Virus record (IMG/VR): IMGVR_UViG_3300044984_002785
Length of the DNA: 64,000 nt
Source of the DNA: a virus
Taxonomy: Duplodnaviria; Heunggongvirae; Uroviricota; Caudoviricetes; Demerecviridae
Reading direction: 5' to 3' (one strand)
A model generated the notes under the pieces. It made no database searches. It was not told the DNA's origin and saw nothing but the letters and a program-made list of their open reading frames with translations. Positions 1 through 8,997 of the stretch are shown piece after piece (positions within the stretch are counted from its first letter, which is position 1; every line of letters begins with the position of its first letter). The position numbers and the translations under genes were made by a program.

Positions 1-650
1 CAAGCTGTTGCGGTTAACAGGATGAGCAAGCCAAATTTGGGTAAGTAAAGTTTGTGTTAGTTTTGGTAAGTGTGCAATTTCAGTGTCGGATATTCCCGTT
101 AAACTCCAAGTTGTATGAGGATTTTTCATTTGACCAGCTTTAACACCACTTCTTTGTGTTAAGCCTTGTGTTCGTATTTCTAGTAGTCTCTGTGACCCTA
201 AAGCGTCCAAATCAGGGCAAGTTACTGTAACTGCTTCTAACAATCGTGGCTCTAAAACATAGTCCAAGTTTTCAACACCACGCCATGACTCATAGTCTAC
301 ACCTTGCATACGCTTAAACCCCGCTAGAATCAGTGGGGTAAGTACAGCATACTCTGGAATTGCTACTTGCTTGGTTAATAAACACGTGCGTGGAATTCTA
401 CTCAATCTCCACATTGCCTGAGCTTCTAAGCTAGATTCACAGTTGTGCTTTAGGGTCGCTTTGACATCTATAACACCAGCACTTTTTACTAGAGTCCATG
501 AGCCGAAGCCCGCCACAAGTTGGGGCAAAAGCCACGATCCCATGCGGTTGAGCGAATTCTTTGTGGCAAAAGCTTCCAACTCAGTTTCCGTCATTACAGC
601 AATGTCACGAAGTGGTAGTTCTTGTAAGTGTAATTTCTTTAGTGTTAACA
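1..650 (-). CDS. hypothetical protein, partial (continues beyond window start); ATG at 650-648
   Basis: Manual minus-strand translation from ATG 650 (MLTLKKLHLQELPLRDIAVMTETELEAF...) reads open to position 1; not in ORF track because it is edge-truncated. Confidence 0.4.
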
Positions 651-885
651 TATATTTTAAACGTAGTTTCCCAATGGCTTGTAGACTAGCCTACTTTGAT
701 GCGTGTTGACCCTAAATCTACCCAAATTCTAGTGTGTTACTGGATCCCCGTAAGTCGCGAGCTCCTCCCAGCACACTAGATTTGAGTGATTGTAGGCAAC
801 TCACTCAAAGTGTCTAGTCTTAAACTTTATCAATTTATACTAAATTATATCACATCAAGCAAATAGTTGGCAAGACAATTTTTCC

Positions 886-1233
886 TTAGGAGATCAAGGC
901 TAGCATTTTCGTTTTGATCTGATTTTGATGTTTTTGTAAATCAAAATATTGGCAGTGTTCTAGAGCTGCCACAATTGCCAGGAAATCTTCTAGTTCTGAA
1001 ATTAGTTCTTGTTGATTAGTAGTGGTTCTATCAGGGTGATGGTTATTGTCACCGAATCTGCGAACTTTGCTGACTGCTTGGATAACTTCAGCGGATTCTT
1101 CTTGTAGTTTGTCTAGCAACCACTGAGTGATCTGTTCTCGGGCTGAGGTAGCCCGTTTAACTTGATTTACTGCTGGAATTGGTGGTGCTTGAAATTGCTT
1201 GACGGTGTAGTTTTCTGGGAGTTTAAAGTTCAT
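886..1233 (-). CDS. MazG-like all-alpha nucleotide pyrophosphohydrolase (tentative)
   Basis: 115 aa; EESAEVIQAVSKVRRFGDNNHHP...ELISELEDFLAIVAAL resembles the MazG/HisE EExxE...RfG...EL.D motif layout. Confidence 0.4.
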   Translation of the reverse strand: MNFKLPENYTVKQFQAPPIPAVNQVKRATSAREQITQWLLDKLQEESAEVIQAVSKVRRFGDNNHHPDRTTTNQQELISELEDFLAIVAALEHCQYFDLQKHQNQIKTKMLALIS

Positions 1234-1541
1234 GTTAGTGTTAGGTCTAAGTATTTAAAAAGAGTTAATGTACTAGAATCATAAGTTTGATTGTCAATGA
1301 TGATTTCACGGCTTTGGTTACCATAGTCAGTTTCAAACTGCCAATACTCTAGCCAATCCATGTTGTCCGACCCTAAAATGTCCAAGACTAGCTTTTTATA
1401 ATTTTTTTGCACTGGGTCTTGAAGACCAAATACTTGGTTTTCTTCGCACAACAGCTTGAAAGCTTCATGCACTTTGTGTGTGTAACATTCTTGTACTTGT
1501 TGACTTTGAATGTAGTCGTATGCTATTTGGTGTTTATTCAT
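1230..1541 (-). CDS. hypothetical protein
   Basis: 103-aa ORF, 4-nt overlap with downstream gene, in co-directional minus-strand block. Confidence 0.45.
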   Translation of the reverse strand: MNKHQIAYDYIQSQQVQECYTHKVHEAFKLLCEENQVFGLQDPVQKNYKKLVLDILGSDNMDWLEYWQFETDYGNQSREIIIDNQTYDSSTLTLFKYLDLTLT

Positions 1542-1716
1542 TGTAGTTTAGGGTCTGGTTTTGTTCATCAAAAACACAATCTGTGTCTGTGATTGTGACT
1601 TCAAGATCATAGTGTAAGATTTCATAGTCTGTGAAACTGTGGTCAGGACCATAAACTCTGAACATAAATGTGTTCATGGTTCTGATCAAGAAGCCTTTAG
1701 TACCTGTGGCTGTCAT
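1534..1716 (-). CDS. hypothetical protein
   Basis: 60-aa ORF, overlapping start/stop with neighbours. Confidence 0.35.
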   Translation of the reverse strand: MTATGTKGFLIRTMNTFMFRVYGPDHSFTDYEILHYDLEVTITDTDCVFDEQNQTLNYNE

Positions 1717-1874
1717 GCTTCACCTACAGTTACGGCAGCTTCCAGCATTGCTATTAGCTTAAACACAGCGTCAGCGTTCATTGTCAGCGTGGTTGACCCT
1801 AAAGTTAAAGTAACTTCATCGTTGACAGTTACTCCAACTTCAAACGCTTTAGGGTCGTGATTAAATAACTGCAT
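1713..1874 (-). CDS. small hypothetical protein (53 aa)
   Basis: Manual translation MQLFNHDPKAFEVGVTVNDEVTLTLGSTTLTMNADAVFKLIAMLEAAVTVGEA; below ORF-track size cut-off; plus-strand ORF 1639-1860 judged antisense artefact. Confidence 0.3.
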   Translation of the reverse strand: MQLFNHDPKAFEVGVTVNDEVTLTLGSTTLTMNADAVFKLIAMLEAAVTVGEA

Positions 1875-2034
1875 AAATTTATCAAACATTTTAGTCCTTG
1901 ATTTTATTGTACTAGATTAACTGTCATTTCAGAGATCTTTCCCATCATGACCATGGCTGCTAGACTTATGAAAAACACAGTCAGAACACCATACACCATG
2001 ATGACTAGACTTTTAACAAGAGTCTTGAGGAACT

Positions 2035-2274
2035 TCATCCTAGCCCACTAACATTGAAGTGATTGCGTACATTGTCAATGACTCGTGAAATTATACCATC
2101 TACCATGGCTTTGTCGTATGTGGTATACGTTATTGAGCGGCAGTCTGTGGCTAGAATTGCCAGCACACACTCACCTATGGTTTGTGTTACTAGTGTGTTG
2201 GGGTTAGTTTGTTTAACACCCATGCAGTCTTCTTGACTTTGTGAGATTAGTTGTTGTATTTTGGTCATTACCAT
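2035..2274 (-). CDS. hypothetical protein
   Basis: 79-aa ORF in minus-strand operon-like array. Confidence 0.4.
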   Translation of the reverse strand: MVMTKIQQLISQSQEDCMGVKQTNPNTLVTQTIGECVLAILATDCRSITYTTYDKAMVDGIISRVIDNVRNHFNVSGLG

Positions 2275-2564
2275 CCTCCTTGTGCGTGGCCTAAACAGTA
2301 GCTGTAAACTTTTTCTGGGTTCTGTTCAAATTCTTGGTTGGGTGTTTGCATATCGAATGCTTTATTTTTTGAGTCCCACCATGTATTAGCTAACTCGCGG
2401 CCTACCATGCTAATAATCAAAACTTCACTGCGTTTTCTGAGTATTTGGTTGCGTTCCTGCCAATACTTGGCCTGAAGTTCTGGAACCTCTATAGTTGATT
2501 TTGTCATTGTTTGTCCTTTATATAAATATATTATAGCACAGACGGCAAAAAGCCACAAGTGCAT
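2268..2564 (-). CDS. hypothetical protein
   Basis: 98-aa ORF. Confidence 0.4.
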   Translation of the reverse strand: MHLWLFAVCAIIYLYKGQTMTKSTIEVPELQAKYWQERNQILRKRSEVLIISMVGRELANTWWDSKNKAFDMQTPNQEFEQNPEKVYSYCLGHAQGGW

Positions 2565-2604
2565 TACTGCAAATGTGGCTTAATTTGTTGCAAAAAAGCA
2601 ACAT

Positions 2605-2799
2605 TTACCAGGATTCTACACCAGCGATTTCAATAGTAAATTTGCCTTGAACAGTATTGTGAATTACATCAACAGTTAGTGTAATACTAGTACCAATGCC
2701 ACTGCTGGTATCAATGTCAAGCAAAAACGCATCGTGTTCTGGAAATTTATTCATAACTTCAAGCATACGCTCTACGTCTGTTTTAAGAATGTAATTCAT
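2605..2799 (-). CDS. hypothetical protein
   Basis: 64-aa ORF. Confidence 0.35.
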   Translation of the reverse strand: MNYILKTDVERMLEVMNKFPEHDAFLLDIDTSSGIGTSITLTVDVIHNTVQGKFTIEIAGVESW

Positions 2800-3041
2800 G
2801 GTTTAGGGCCTACAGGAAAAGGCCAGTTGGCTCCATTGAACTCATCGTCTAGCTGATACTTGAGCTGTTGTTCTGTACTAGGTGCACAAGTGCAGTCTCG
2901 TCCTTGATTGCAATCTTGCGTACAGTAGTTTGTAGTGCCACGGATACTCTTATGTTTTAGTACGTATCCAAGCAAAACACTAATCATAGCTGCTACTGCA
3001 ATGAGTGTAACAATTTCTATAATAATCATAATCAATCCCAA
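2796..3041 (-). CDS. small membrane protein with Cys-rich C-terminal domain
   Basis: N-terminal hydrophobic helix MGLIMIIIEIVTLIAVAAMISVLLGYVL, then CTQDCNQGRDCTC. Confidence 0.4.
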   Translation of the reverse strand: MGLIMIIIEIVTLIAVAAMISVLLGYVLKHKSIRGTTNYCTQDCNQGRDCTCAPSTEQQLKYQLDDEFNGANWPFPVGPKP

Positions 3042-3694
3042 AGGCCCTCGTAGTATTTTCCGAATAAACGGAATCCGTTAGTAATACGTGCTTGCTCTAG
3101 TGCCATGCCTTCATAATCACATTGGTATGTGTCATTGGGGCCAGTGAACATTTCGTACATGGTTGGCTTACCAGCGTCATCCCAAGCACAGGGCTTAGTT
3201 TGCATGTCATGAATACCGCTACGGTACTTGTCTTGCCAACTATCATCACACTTGCAATGGAACGCAAAGATCATTTCATCAAGAACCCAGTCCCAACGCT
3301 TGAAGTGGTTCTCATCAGTGTCGTATTCGTTTTCTTTAGCTGGTGCTGCTGTAGACTTAAGGTGCTCAGGAACATCTGAGTCATCTACATTAGGCGCTCC
3401 ATGCTTGGCAGCTTGCAGCTGCTTGAGCATTGGCAGTGCGATTAGTGCAAGCGTTGAATCTAGTCCCCAAGTGTCATACTTGTCAATATGCACATACACT
3501 TGACGATGTTGCTTGCTGTGAATCCATTGACAAACTTTGGTAAGCCAGCTATCCGTTCCGTCACGGTTCTCGCTAAGCCAAGTGCCAAAATCATGCACAC
3601 GGTCATCTTTGTGCTTGTCCAACCAAAACAACAATTTTTCAGCAATCTGGTAAGGCCCAATCCAGTTGGTATACGGCCCGATTTTTACTTTCAT
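3032..3694 (-). CDS. hypothetical protein (220 aa)
   Basis: Long ORF with no recognisable motif. Confidence 0.5.
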   Translation of the reverse strand: MKVKIGPYTNWIGPYQIAEKLLFWLDKHKDDRVHDFGTWLSENRDGTDSWLTKVCQWIHSKQHRQVYVHIDKYDTWGLDSTLALIALPMLKQLQAAKHGAPNVDDSDVPEHLKSTAAPAKENEYDTDENHFKRWDWVLDEMIFAFHCKCDDSWQDKYRSGIHDMQTKPCAWDDAGKPTMYEMFTGPNDTYQCDYEGMALEQARITNGFRLFGKYYEGLWD

Positions 3695-4011
3695 TTGAAT
3701 AATTCCAATTGTTGGTTGACATAAGTGTGCAAGTTTTCACGGGCACGATCATAAACTTCTGATGGTTCTAACATTTCAGGATCTAGACCCTCAACTGCAC
3801 AGGCGTAGTCAAGCAGGGTTTCGTTGATATCGTTCCACATAGCCTTGGCACCTGCGTTAAAAGCTTGCTGCATCCAGTAATCACGATTTTCTTTGTTGTT
3901 GGCATTGCCATAACCAAACACAGTTGCACGATTCGACCCCAGCTCAGGGTATGGTTGTTCAAAGAACCATTTGATGAATTCACGATCTAGTGTAAAAGTT
4001 GGTTTTTTCAT
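3691..4011 (-). CDS. hypothetical protein
   Basis: 106-aa ORF. Confidence 0.45.
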   Translation of the reverse strand: MKKPTFTLDREFIKWFFEQPYPELGSNRATVFGYGNANNKENRDYWMQQAFNAGAKAMWNDINETLLDYACAVEGLDPEMLEPSEVYDRARENLHTYVNQQLELFK

Positions 4012-4013
4012 AG

Positions 4014-4259
4014 TTAAGCTCCAAAATGTTGTTCAATATCGTACATTGCTGTGGACATTGCTTCTTCCACATTCCACTCATCTTCAATAGCCTGATCCCT
4101 TGTCTTAGCTACAGTATCTCTACACTGCTTAACAATCAACTCGGCGAACTTTTTGACCTTATCATCGTTGATGACAGATTTAAAAAATGTAGGGTCATAA
4201 TATGTTTTATATTCAAACACTCCAGCCTGTTCGGCAAGTTCTTTAATTCGTTTGTTCAT
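4014..4259 (-). CDS. hypothetical protein, tandem paralogue A
   Basis: Shares MNKRIxELxEQAG...FAELIVxxC with neighbour 4263-4502. Confidence 0.5.
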   Translation of the reverse strand: MNKRIKELAEQAGVFEYKTYYDPTFFKSVINDDKVKKFAELIVKQCRDTVAKTRDQAIEDEWNVEEAMSTAMYDIEQHFGA

Positions 4260-4262
4260 TCT

Positions 4263-4502
4263 TCAACTCCGAAATGCTTTTTCAATTGGCTCGTAATACT
4301 CAACGCCAAACTTGGCTTTGATCCGTTGAATTTCTGGTCTTTGCATTGGTCCATCACCTACTGCATCCATACATTCCCGAACAATCAACTCGGCGAACCT
4401 TTCTACGTCTTTGCCAATAAGTGCTGCACTAAGTGCATTGCCGTCTTCATCAAAGTATCCACCACCAGCTTGTTCTAGTAGTTCTTGAATTCGTTTGTTC
4501 AT
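4263..4502 (-). CDS. hypothetical protein, tandem paralogue B
   Basis: MNKRIQELLEQAGG...FAELIVRECMD; paralogue of 4014-4259. Confidence 0.5.
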   Translation of the reverse strand: MNKRIQELLEQAGGGYFDEDGNALSAALIGKDVERFAELIVRECMDAVGDGPMQRPEIQRIKAKFGVEYYEPIEKAFRS

Positions 4503-4503
4503 T

Positions 4504-4710
4504 TTAATAAGCCCCTTCGCTGTTATCCATGGCTTTGGCCAAGTCAGGATAAAAACTACTAATTACTCTAATAAGGTCATGCTCAGTGCCGTGCTTTTGA
4601 GCATTGCGAATTGATTGATGCAAATCACTTATCAAGTTGTGATATTGAGGCCCATTAAGATAAACCCGTGCTTCTTCAACGGATTCACATTTGATTTTTA
4701 GTTCTATCAT
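4504..4710 (-). CDS. hypothetical protein
   Basis: 68-aa ORF. Confidence 0.4.
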   Translation of the reverse strand: MIELKIKCESVEEARVYLNGPQYHNLISDLHQSIRNAQKHGTEHDLIRVISSFYPDLAKAMDNSEGAY

Positions 4711-4802
4711 AGTTGTGTGTAAGTTAGTTTAGCAAGAAAACATATAGTTGATCTCTTAGCGAATAAATTATTATATAACAGTATTGCTAAAAGATCAAGA
4801 GT

Positions 4803-5186
4803 TTATTTTCGCATTGCCCTAATAAGGTTCTCTGTTAGATGACGAATAGCTTTTTTATATCCTTGAATACTAGCACGTTGTCCAGGCAACCAGTCGGGCC
4901 TCAATGAAAGTGCAAGTTCTTCATCTCGTGTAATTAAGATTGGTTTGGTTGTGCCATCTTTCCAACGAAGCTTTTCACAGTAAATGGTAACTGTTTTAAA
5001 CATACCTTGATCATATTCATAAGGCCGTTCTGGAGCATTAAGAAAAGTCGGGGGTACAACTGCTATTCTAGCAGCTCCTTGCTTTTCTAGTTGCTCAAGT
5101 AACCAAACAGGAAGATCAAGTATAGTAATAGGTTCTAAGTCATTAGTGTAAAGAACTACATTCATACGTCTTTTCTGATACTCCAT
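4803..5186 (-). CDS. hypothetical protein
   Basis: 127-aa ORF. Confidence 0.45.
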   Translation of the reverse strand: MEYQKRRMNVVLYTNDLEPITILDLPVWLLEQLEKQGAARIAVVPPTFLNAPERPYEYDQGMFKTVTIYCEKLRWKDGTTKPILITRDEELALSLRPDWLPGQRASIQGYKKAIRHLTENLIRAMRK

Positions 5187-5389
5187 GAACCTTCTTCATG
5201 CTCAGTCCATGTTAGTGTATCACCAACATTCCAGTTAAGTTCGTCTAAAAGTTCCTGCGGAAGCGGTAAAATTAGATCTTCACCATCTTCTTCTAAAATT
5301 GCAGTAAATTTAGTTTCTGCTGCTGCTTTTTTACTTGTAAAACCTACCATTGTGCTTCTCCTGCAATAAGTTTGCGATGTTGAACCCAA
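5162..5389 (-). CDS. hypothetical acidic protein
   Basis: 75-aa ORF overlapping neighbours. Confidence 0.35.
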   Translation of the reverse strand: MGSTSQTYCRRSTMVGFTSKKAAAETKFTAILEEDGEDLILPLPQELLDELNWNVGDTLTWTEHEEGSWSIRKDV

Positions 5390-6255
5390 CCTTTTAAATT
5401 ACCCGACCAAAGGGCTTTATTGCGATCAATGTGTGTAATACCTGGTTCCCATGCTCTATGATAATCATAACGCATTGGAGTAGCTTGGTGCTCTACAGGA
5501 CTCGCATGACAAGGCTGTGACTCAATTAATTGTCTGAAGATTTTTTCTGCTTTTTCAAAGCTATCATCGTTCTTGCGATACGACACTTGAGCACAACAGC
5601 TAGCGCTGATAATACGCGCTTGTTCCTCAGTAATATACTGATCTGCACTATCCAAATAATGCAAAATATTGCTATGATTATCCCTATAAGTGTTAACATA
5701 AGGTACATGCCACTCTCCATGAGTTAAATGTTGTGGCGTAGACTTATTATAGGCATCCCACATCTTCATTGCTAATTCGTGAATTTCAGGCTGAGCATCT
5801 GCATGAGCACGCAACCAAAAGAAATTCTTCCATTCTGTACCTGAGATAACCGTTTTCATGGTCATCCAAGGTTCTGTGACACGATTAACAATTTGTTTAT
5901 GTAAACTTGTTCGGTCACTCATTGCTTGTGCCCAGTGCAGGGCATCTTCCATGGCTCGTCGCCACATAACCTTAGCTTCAGTATATTCTTCGCCAGAAAG
6001 TTCTTCTTTGGCTTGCATACCTGGTTGGTTTTTACCCCAACTAACTGGCTCTGCTGGGCTTTTTCTAATATGCTCATGCATAGTCTTTACAGGAATAGCA
6101 CGACTACTAGCACTATTCTTGCTTAACATACGATGGGTATTGAGTTCCGCTAGAATAAATCTAGGATACTCAATCTCCATTGTAGTCATGCGTTCACCTT
6201 GTGGGTTAATTGAGTCAGCAATTATTTTAGCTGTAATTTTATCTTTTGCGATCAT
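5344..6255 (-). CDS. thyX: flavin-dependent thymidylate synthase ThyX
   Basis: 303 aa; ELNTHRMLSKNSASSRA matches the ThyX (R/x)HR-x7-S signature region; size typical. Confidence 0.6.
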   Translation of the reverse strand: MIAKDKITAKIIADSINPQGERMTTMEIEYPRFILAELNTHRMLSKNSASSRAIPVKTMHEHIRKSPAEPVSWGKNQPGMQAKEELSGEEYTEAKVMWRRAMEDALHWAQAMSDRTSLHKQIVNRVTEPWMTMKTVISGTEWKNFFWLRAHADAQPEIHELAMKMWDAYNKSTPQHLTHGEWHVPYVNTYRDNHSNILHYLDSADQYITEEQARIISASCCAQVSYRKNDDSFEKAEKIFRQLIESQPCHASPVEHQATPMRYDYHRAWEPGITHIDRNKALWSGNLKGWVQHRKLIAGEAQW

Positions 6256-7007
6256 ATTTCAATAGTTTTAAAAGGGTCAAAACCAACGCCATCATTTACA
6301 GCATTGTAGTATCCATGTGGATTTGCAACCACACGGGTATCTCCGAGGGTAATATCTGTTGCGTCATGAGTATGCCCAAACAACCAGGTAGTGTCAGTCA
6401 TTTCTGCAATGTAGCTACCAAGGTCATTAGCAAAGTAATCATTGATGAGGTCAGGGCCACGAAAACGTGGGGCAATACACTCACGTGCAGGAAGAAAGTG
6501 AGTTACAACCACAACTTTCTTTTTATCACGAGCTTCATAAGCATCTTTGATAAAGTCAATGTGCTGGTAGTAAGTTTTAGCACATACGTTGGTATCAAAA
6601 CTTTTAATGACTCTAAAGTCATTGATACCACGCTTAGCAGCGCTTTGGCTGAAGTAGTTATCACCAAAGTTAGTCCAAAGTGTACCACCAGTAAAAAGAA
6701 CTCCATCAATAGTAACTGAGCCAGGGTTCAAGAAGTGAACACCCTCAATCATAGCACATTTTTCTGCCATTTTTTCGTTAAATTGAACAAAGTCTCCACC
6801 ATAGTACTCGTGGTTACCGGCAATATAGATAATGTTAGGGAAACCTTGGTCTTTGAAAAACTTGATAACACTCATTGTGTTAGTAGAACCAGACGCAATA
6901 TCTCCAGCAAGCACAAGCACGTCTTCGCCACGATACTCAGCCATAGCATGAGTTTTGTACGGAAGTCTGAATTCTGTGTGTAGGTCTGATAGTAGTCTGA
7001 TTTTCAT
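6252..7007 (-). CDS. calcineurin-like metallophosphoesterase
   Basis: GDIASG...GNHEYY...GHTHD phosphoesterase motifs. Confidence 0.6.
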   Translation of the reverse strand: MKIRLLSDLHTEFRLPYKTHAMAEYRGEDVLVLAGDIASGSTNTMSVIKFFKDQGFPNIIYIAGNHEYYGGDFVQFNEKMAEKCAMIEGVHFLNPGSVTIDGVLFTGGTLWTNFGDNYFSQSAAKRGINDFRVIKSFDTNVCAKTYYQHIDFIKDAYEARDKKKVVVVTHFLPARECIAPRFRGPDLINDYFANDLGSYIAEMTDTTWLFGHTHDATDITLGDTRVVANPHGYYNAVNDGVGFDPFKTIEI

Positions 7008-7089
7008 GATATTTTCCTGAGTAATGACATATTATATCACAAAAGAAAAGGCACAACAAGCCTGTTTTTATGAGCTTGTTGTGCCTTAT

Positions 7090-7572
7090 TTAACCGTAGA
7101 ATATGTGGTTACCTATTCTAGCAGTGATAACTTTGGTCTTTGCCCATTTTGGTTTTACTTGTCTAGTGTGGAAGTAAATTGCAGTAAATTTTGGTTCATA
7201 AACTTGTTTACTTAAAACAGCAGTAGCTATTTTAAGCGCTGAACTCCAGGCTTTTTCGTCTGTGATCTTTTTATTTTTATTTTGTGTCCACGAGAATTGT
7301 TTATGTGCGTATACTACACCACAAACCGTGTTACTAAATAGTTTTGAGGCAACTCTGTTAACTGTAACCAAAGCAACAGCTATCTGCCCTTGAAAAGACT
7401 CACCCCTAGCTTCGTGGTATATATTTTTAGCTAAACAATTTATTTCTTGCTGTTTGGCAATAACCGATTGAGTTCTAGCTTTAGTAGCTATATCAATACT
7501 TGGAGTTATCAATAAGGCTGCTAAAATTGTGACTATTTTTAATGTTTTCATAACATCTCCATAAGGCAACAA
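7090..7572 (-). CDS. SleB-like cell-wall hydrolase (Hydrolase_2 family) with signal peptide
   Basis: N-terminal signal peptide; NCLAKNIYHEARGESFQGQIAVALVTVNRV matches SleB/CwlJ core. Confidence 0.5.
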   Translation of the reverse strand: MLPYGDVMKTLKIVTILAALLITPSIDIATKARTQSVIAKQQEINCLAKNIYHEARGESFQGQIAVALVTVNRVASKLFSNTVCGVVYAHKQFSWTQNKNKKITDEKAWSSALKIATAVLSKQVYEPKFTAIYFHTRQVKPKWAKTKVITARIGNHIFYG

Positions 7573-7579
7573 AATACTG

Positions 7580-7840
7580 TCAATCTACTTTTTTAGTTTC
7601 TTGATCTCTGATTTTATAAAATAACTCAAGTTGAGAATTAGCATCGTGTAATTGACGCATTAAGTTCTGAGTAATTTCAGCATTTTGTTCTATTTGTGCG
7701 GAAAGCTGCTGAATTATATTAGCAGCCTTAATACTTGTAGACGTAGGAGGCCTATTCACTTGGTAAGGTTCTCCTTCTGTATTTTGTGCTTGATAAGTTT
7801 CTCCCTGCTTAAGCATTTGTACAAACCAATTAATGTCCAT
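7580..7840 (-). CDS. hypothetical protein
   Basis: 86-aa ORF, last gene of minus block before strand switch at about 7.9 kb. Confidence 0.4.
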   Translation of the reverse strand: MDINWFVQMLKQGETYQAQNTEGEPYQVNRPPTSTSIKAANIIQQLSAQIEQNAEITQNLMRQLHDANSQLELFYKIRDQETKKVD

Positions 7841-8004
7841 ATTTTTCGTAAAAATTTGTTGTGGATTTTAATTATAAACTAATAAGCTCAAAAATACAAG
7901 ACAAAATTTTATAAAGCAAAACACAGAGCTGGCGCCAAACCATAAAAAACATTGTATTGAAAAAATTTTGCTGATAATATATAATTAATAAAACAAGGAG
8001 TACC

Positions 8005-8196
8005 ATGTCGCAAGTAACTTATACACGAGAACTAGAAGTATTAATAATAGAAACACTATTACCCATTTATTATAAGTATTATAATGAAAAAGGTATTAAA
8101 CCCAACAAATTAGATATTAATCTAGAGTTACTAAAACAAATTAAAACAAAAGCCGTTTTACCCGCGTTATTAAGACCAAAAGAAAAACAAATTTGA
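8005..8196 (+). CDS. hypothetical protein
   Basis: 63 aa; preceded by AAGGAG RBS at 7995. Confidence 0.4.
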   Translation: MSQVTYTRELEVLIIETLLPIYYKYYNEKGIKPNKLDINLELLKQIKTKAVLPALLRPKEKQI

Positions 8197-8221
8197 CAAA
8201 GATAGTTAAATAGCTTATAAT
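8193..8221 (+). promoter_or_regulatory. sigma70-type promoter TTGACA-N17-TATAAT
   Basis: TTGACA 8193-8198, 17-nt spacer, TATAAT 8216-8221 overlapping ATG 8220 (leaderless-like arrangement). Confidence 0.45.
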
Positions 8222-8801
8222 GAATACTCGACGACAATATAAACCTGGACCAAATCAAATTGCCAGATACAAAGCTAATACAATGTCAAAAACTAAAGAA
8301 CTCTTTTCCACAATAGAACACCGAACAGTATTTGGTACCCCTCATACTACTAATACTGATAACCCCATTGATTTTCCACAAGATGATGGTTACCCAACGC
8401 CTGAGCAGATTACAGCTATGGCTGAAGAAATTATGATTCGTGGTGCAAAAAAACTATCAGACATAACTAAGTCTGCTGGTACAGCACTTAAATTTGACCA
8501 AGATAAATTACCGCTACATTTGCTTTCAACGGAAGCTATGAATCAAACAGCAGCAGTGCTGGCATTCGGCGCACAAAAATACGCAGAACATAACTGGCGT
8601 AAAGGATTTGCCTGGAGCAGACCCTTAAGCGCAGCAATGCGTCATATTACCGCTTTTAACGCAGGTGAAGATACTGACCCCGAATCGGGACTAAGTCACC
8701 TGGCCCATGCAGCTTGCTGCATTATGTTTCTCCTTGAATTCGAGAAAACTCACCAAGACCTAGATGATAGATATAAACCAGCTGTACCCAGTATTAGCTA
8801 A
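8220..8801 (+). CDS. dATP/dGTP pyrophosphohydrolase-domain (DUF5664-like) protein
   Basis: KFDQDKLPLHLLSTEAMNQTAAVLAFGAQKYAEHNWRKG matches the conserved KYDxGKxxxxLLPxxAL...GAxKYxxxNW core of this phage domain. Confidence 0.45.
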   Translation: MNTRRQYKPGPNQIARYKANTMSKTKELFSTIEHRTVFGTPHTTNTDNPIDFPQDDGYPTPEQITAMAEEIMIRGAKKLSDITKSAGTALKFDQDKLPLHLLSTEAMNQTAAVLAFGAQKYAEHNWRKGFAWSRPLSAAMRHITAFNAGEDTDPESGLSHLAHAACCIMFLLEFEKTHQDLDDRYKPAVPSIS

Positions 8802-8997
8802 AAAATTAGTTAATACCAGAAATACTTTAACAGAAGTGTGTTTAGAACACGATATTGATATACAAGATATTGATATTGATATGCTTGAGACTTTTATAGA
8901 TCAATGTTCTCATTGTAATATTTGGTCTACCAGACTTGTCGCAGACTTAGACGATAATCCCATATGTCCTATATGTGTAAAACTAACTGGATTATAA
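8764..8997 (+). CDS. small Cys-rich (zinc-ribbon-like) protein
   Basis: CSHCN...CPICV paired Cys motifs. Confidence 0.35.
   Translation: MIDINQLYPVLAKKLVNTRNTLTEVCLEHDIDIQDIDIDMLETFIDQCSHCNIWSTRLVADLDDNPICPICVKLTGL

Noticed and set aside
443-709. Plus-strand 88-aa ORF from the track
   Set aside because: Lies antisense within the longer open minus-strand reading frame 1-650 that runs off the window edge; all neighbouring genes are on the minus strand.
886-8801. Possible 2-aminoadenine (Z-genome) pathway, from MazG-like plus dATP/dGTP pyrophosphohydrolase-domain proteins
   Set aside because: No PurZ-like adenylosuccinate-synthetase homologue or HD-domain DatZ is recognisable in this window; ThyX and dUTPase fit ordinary dTTP metabolism.
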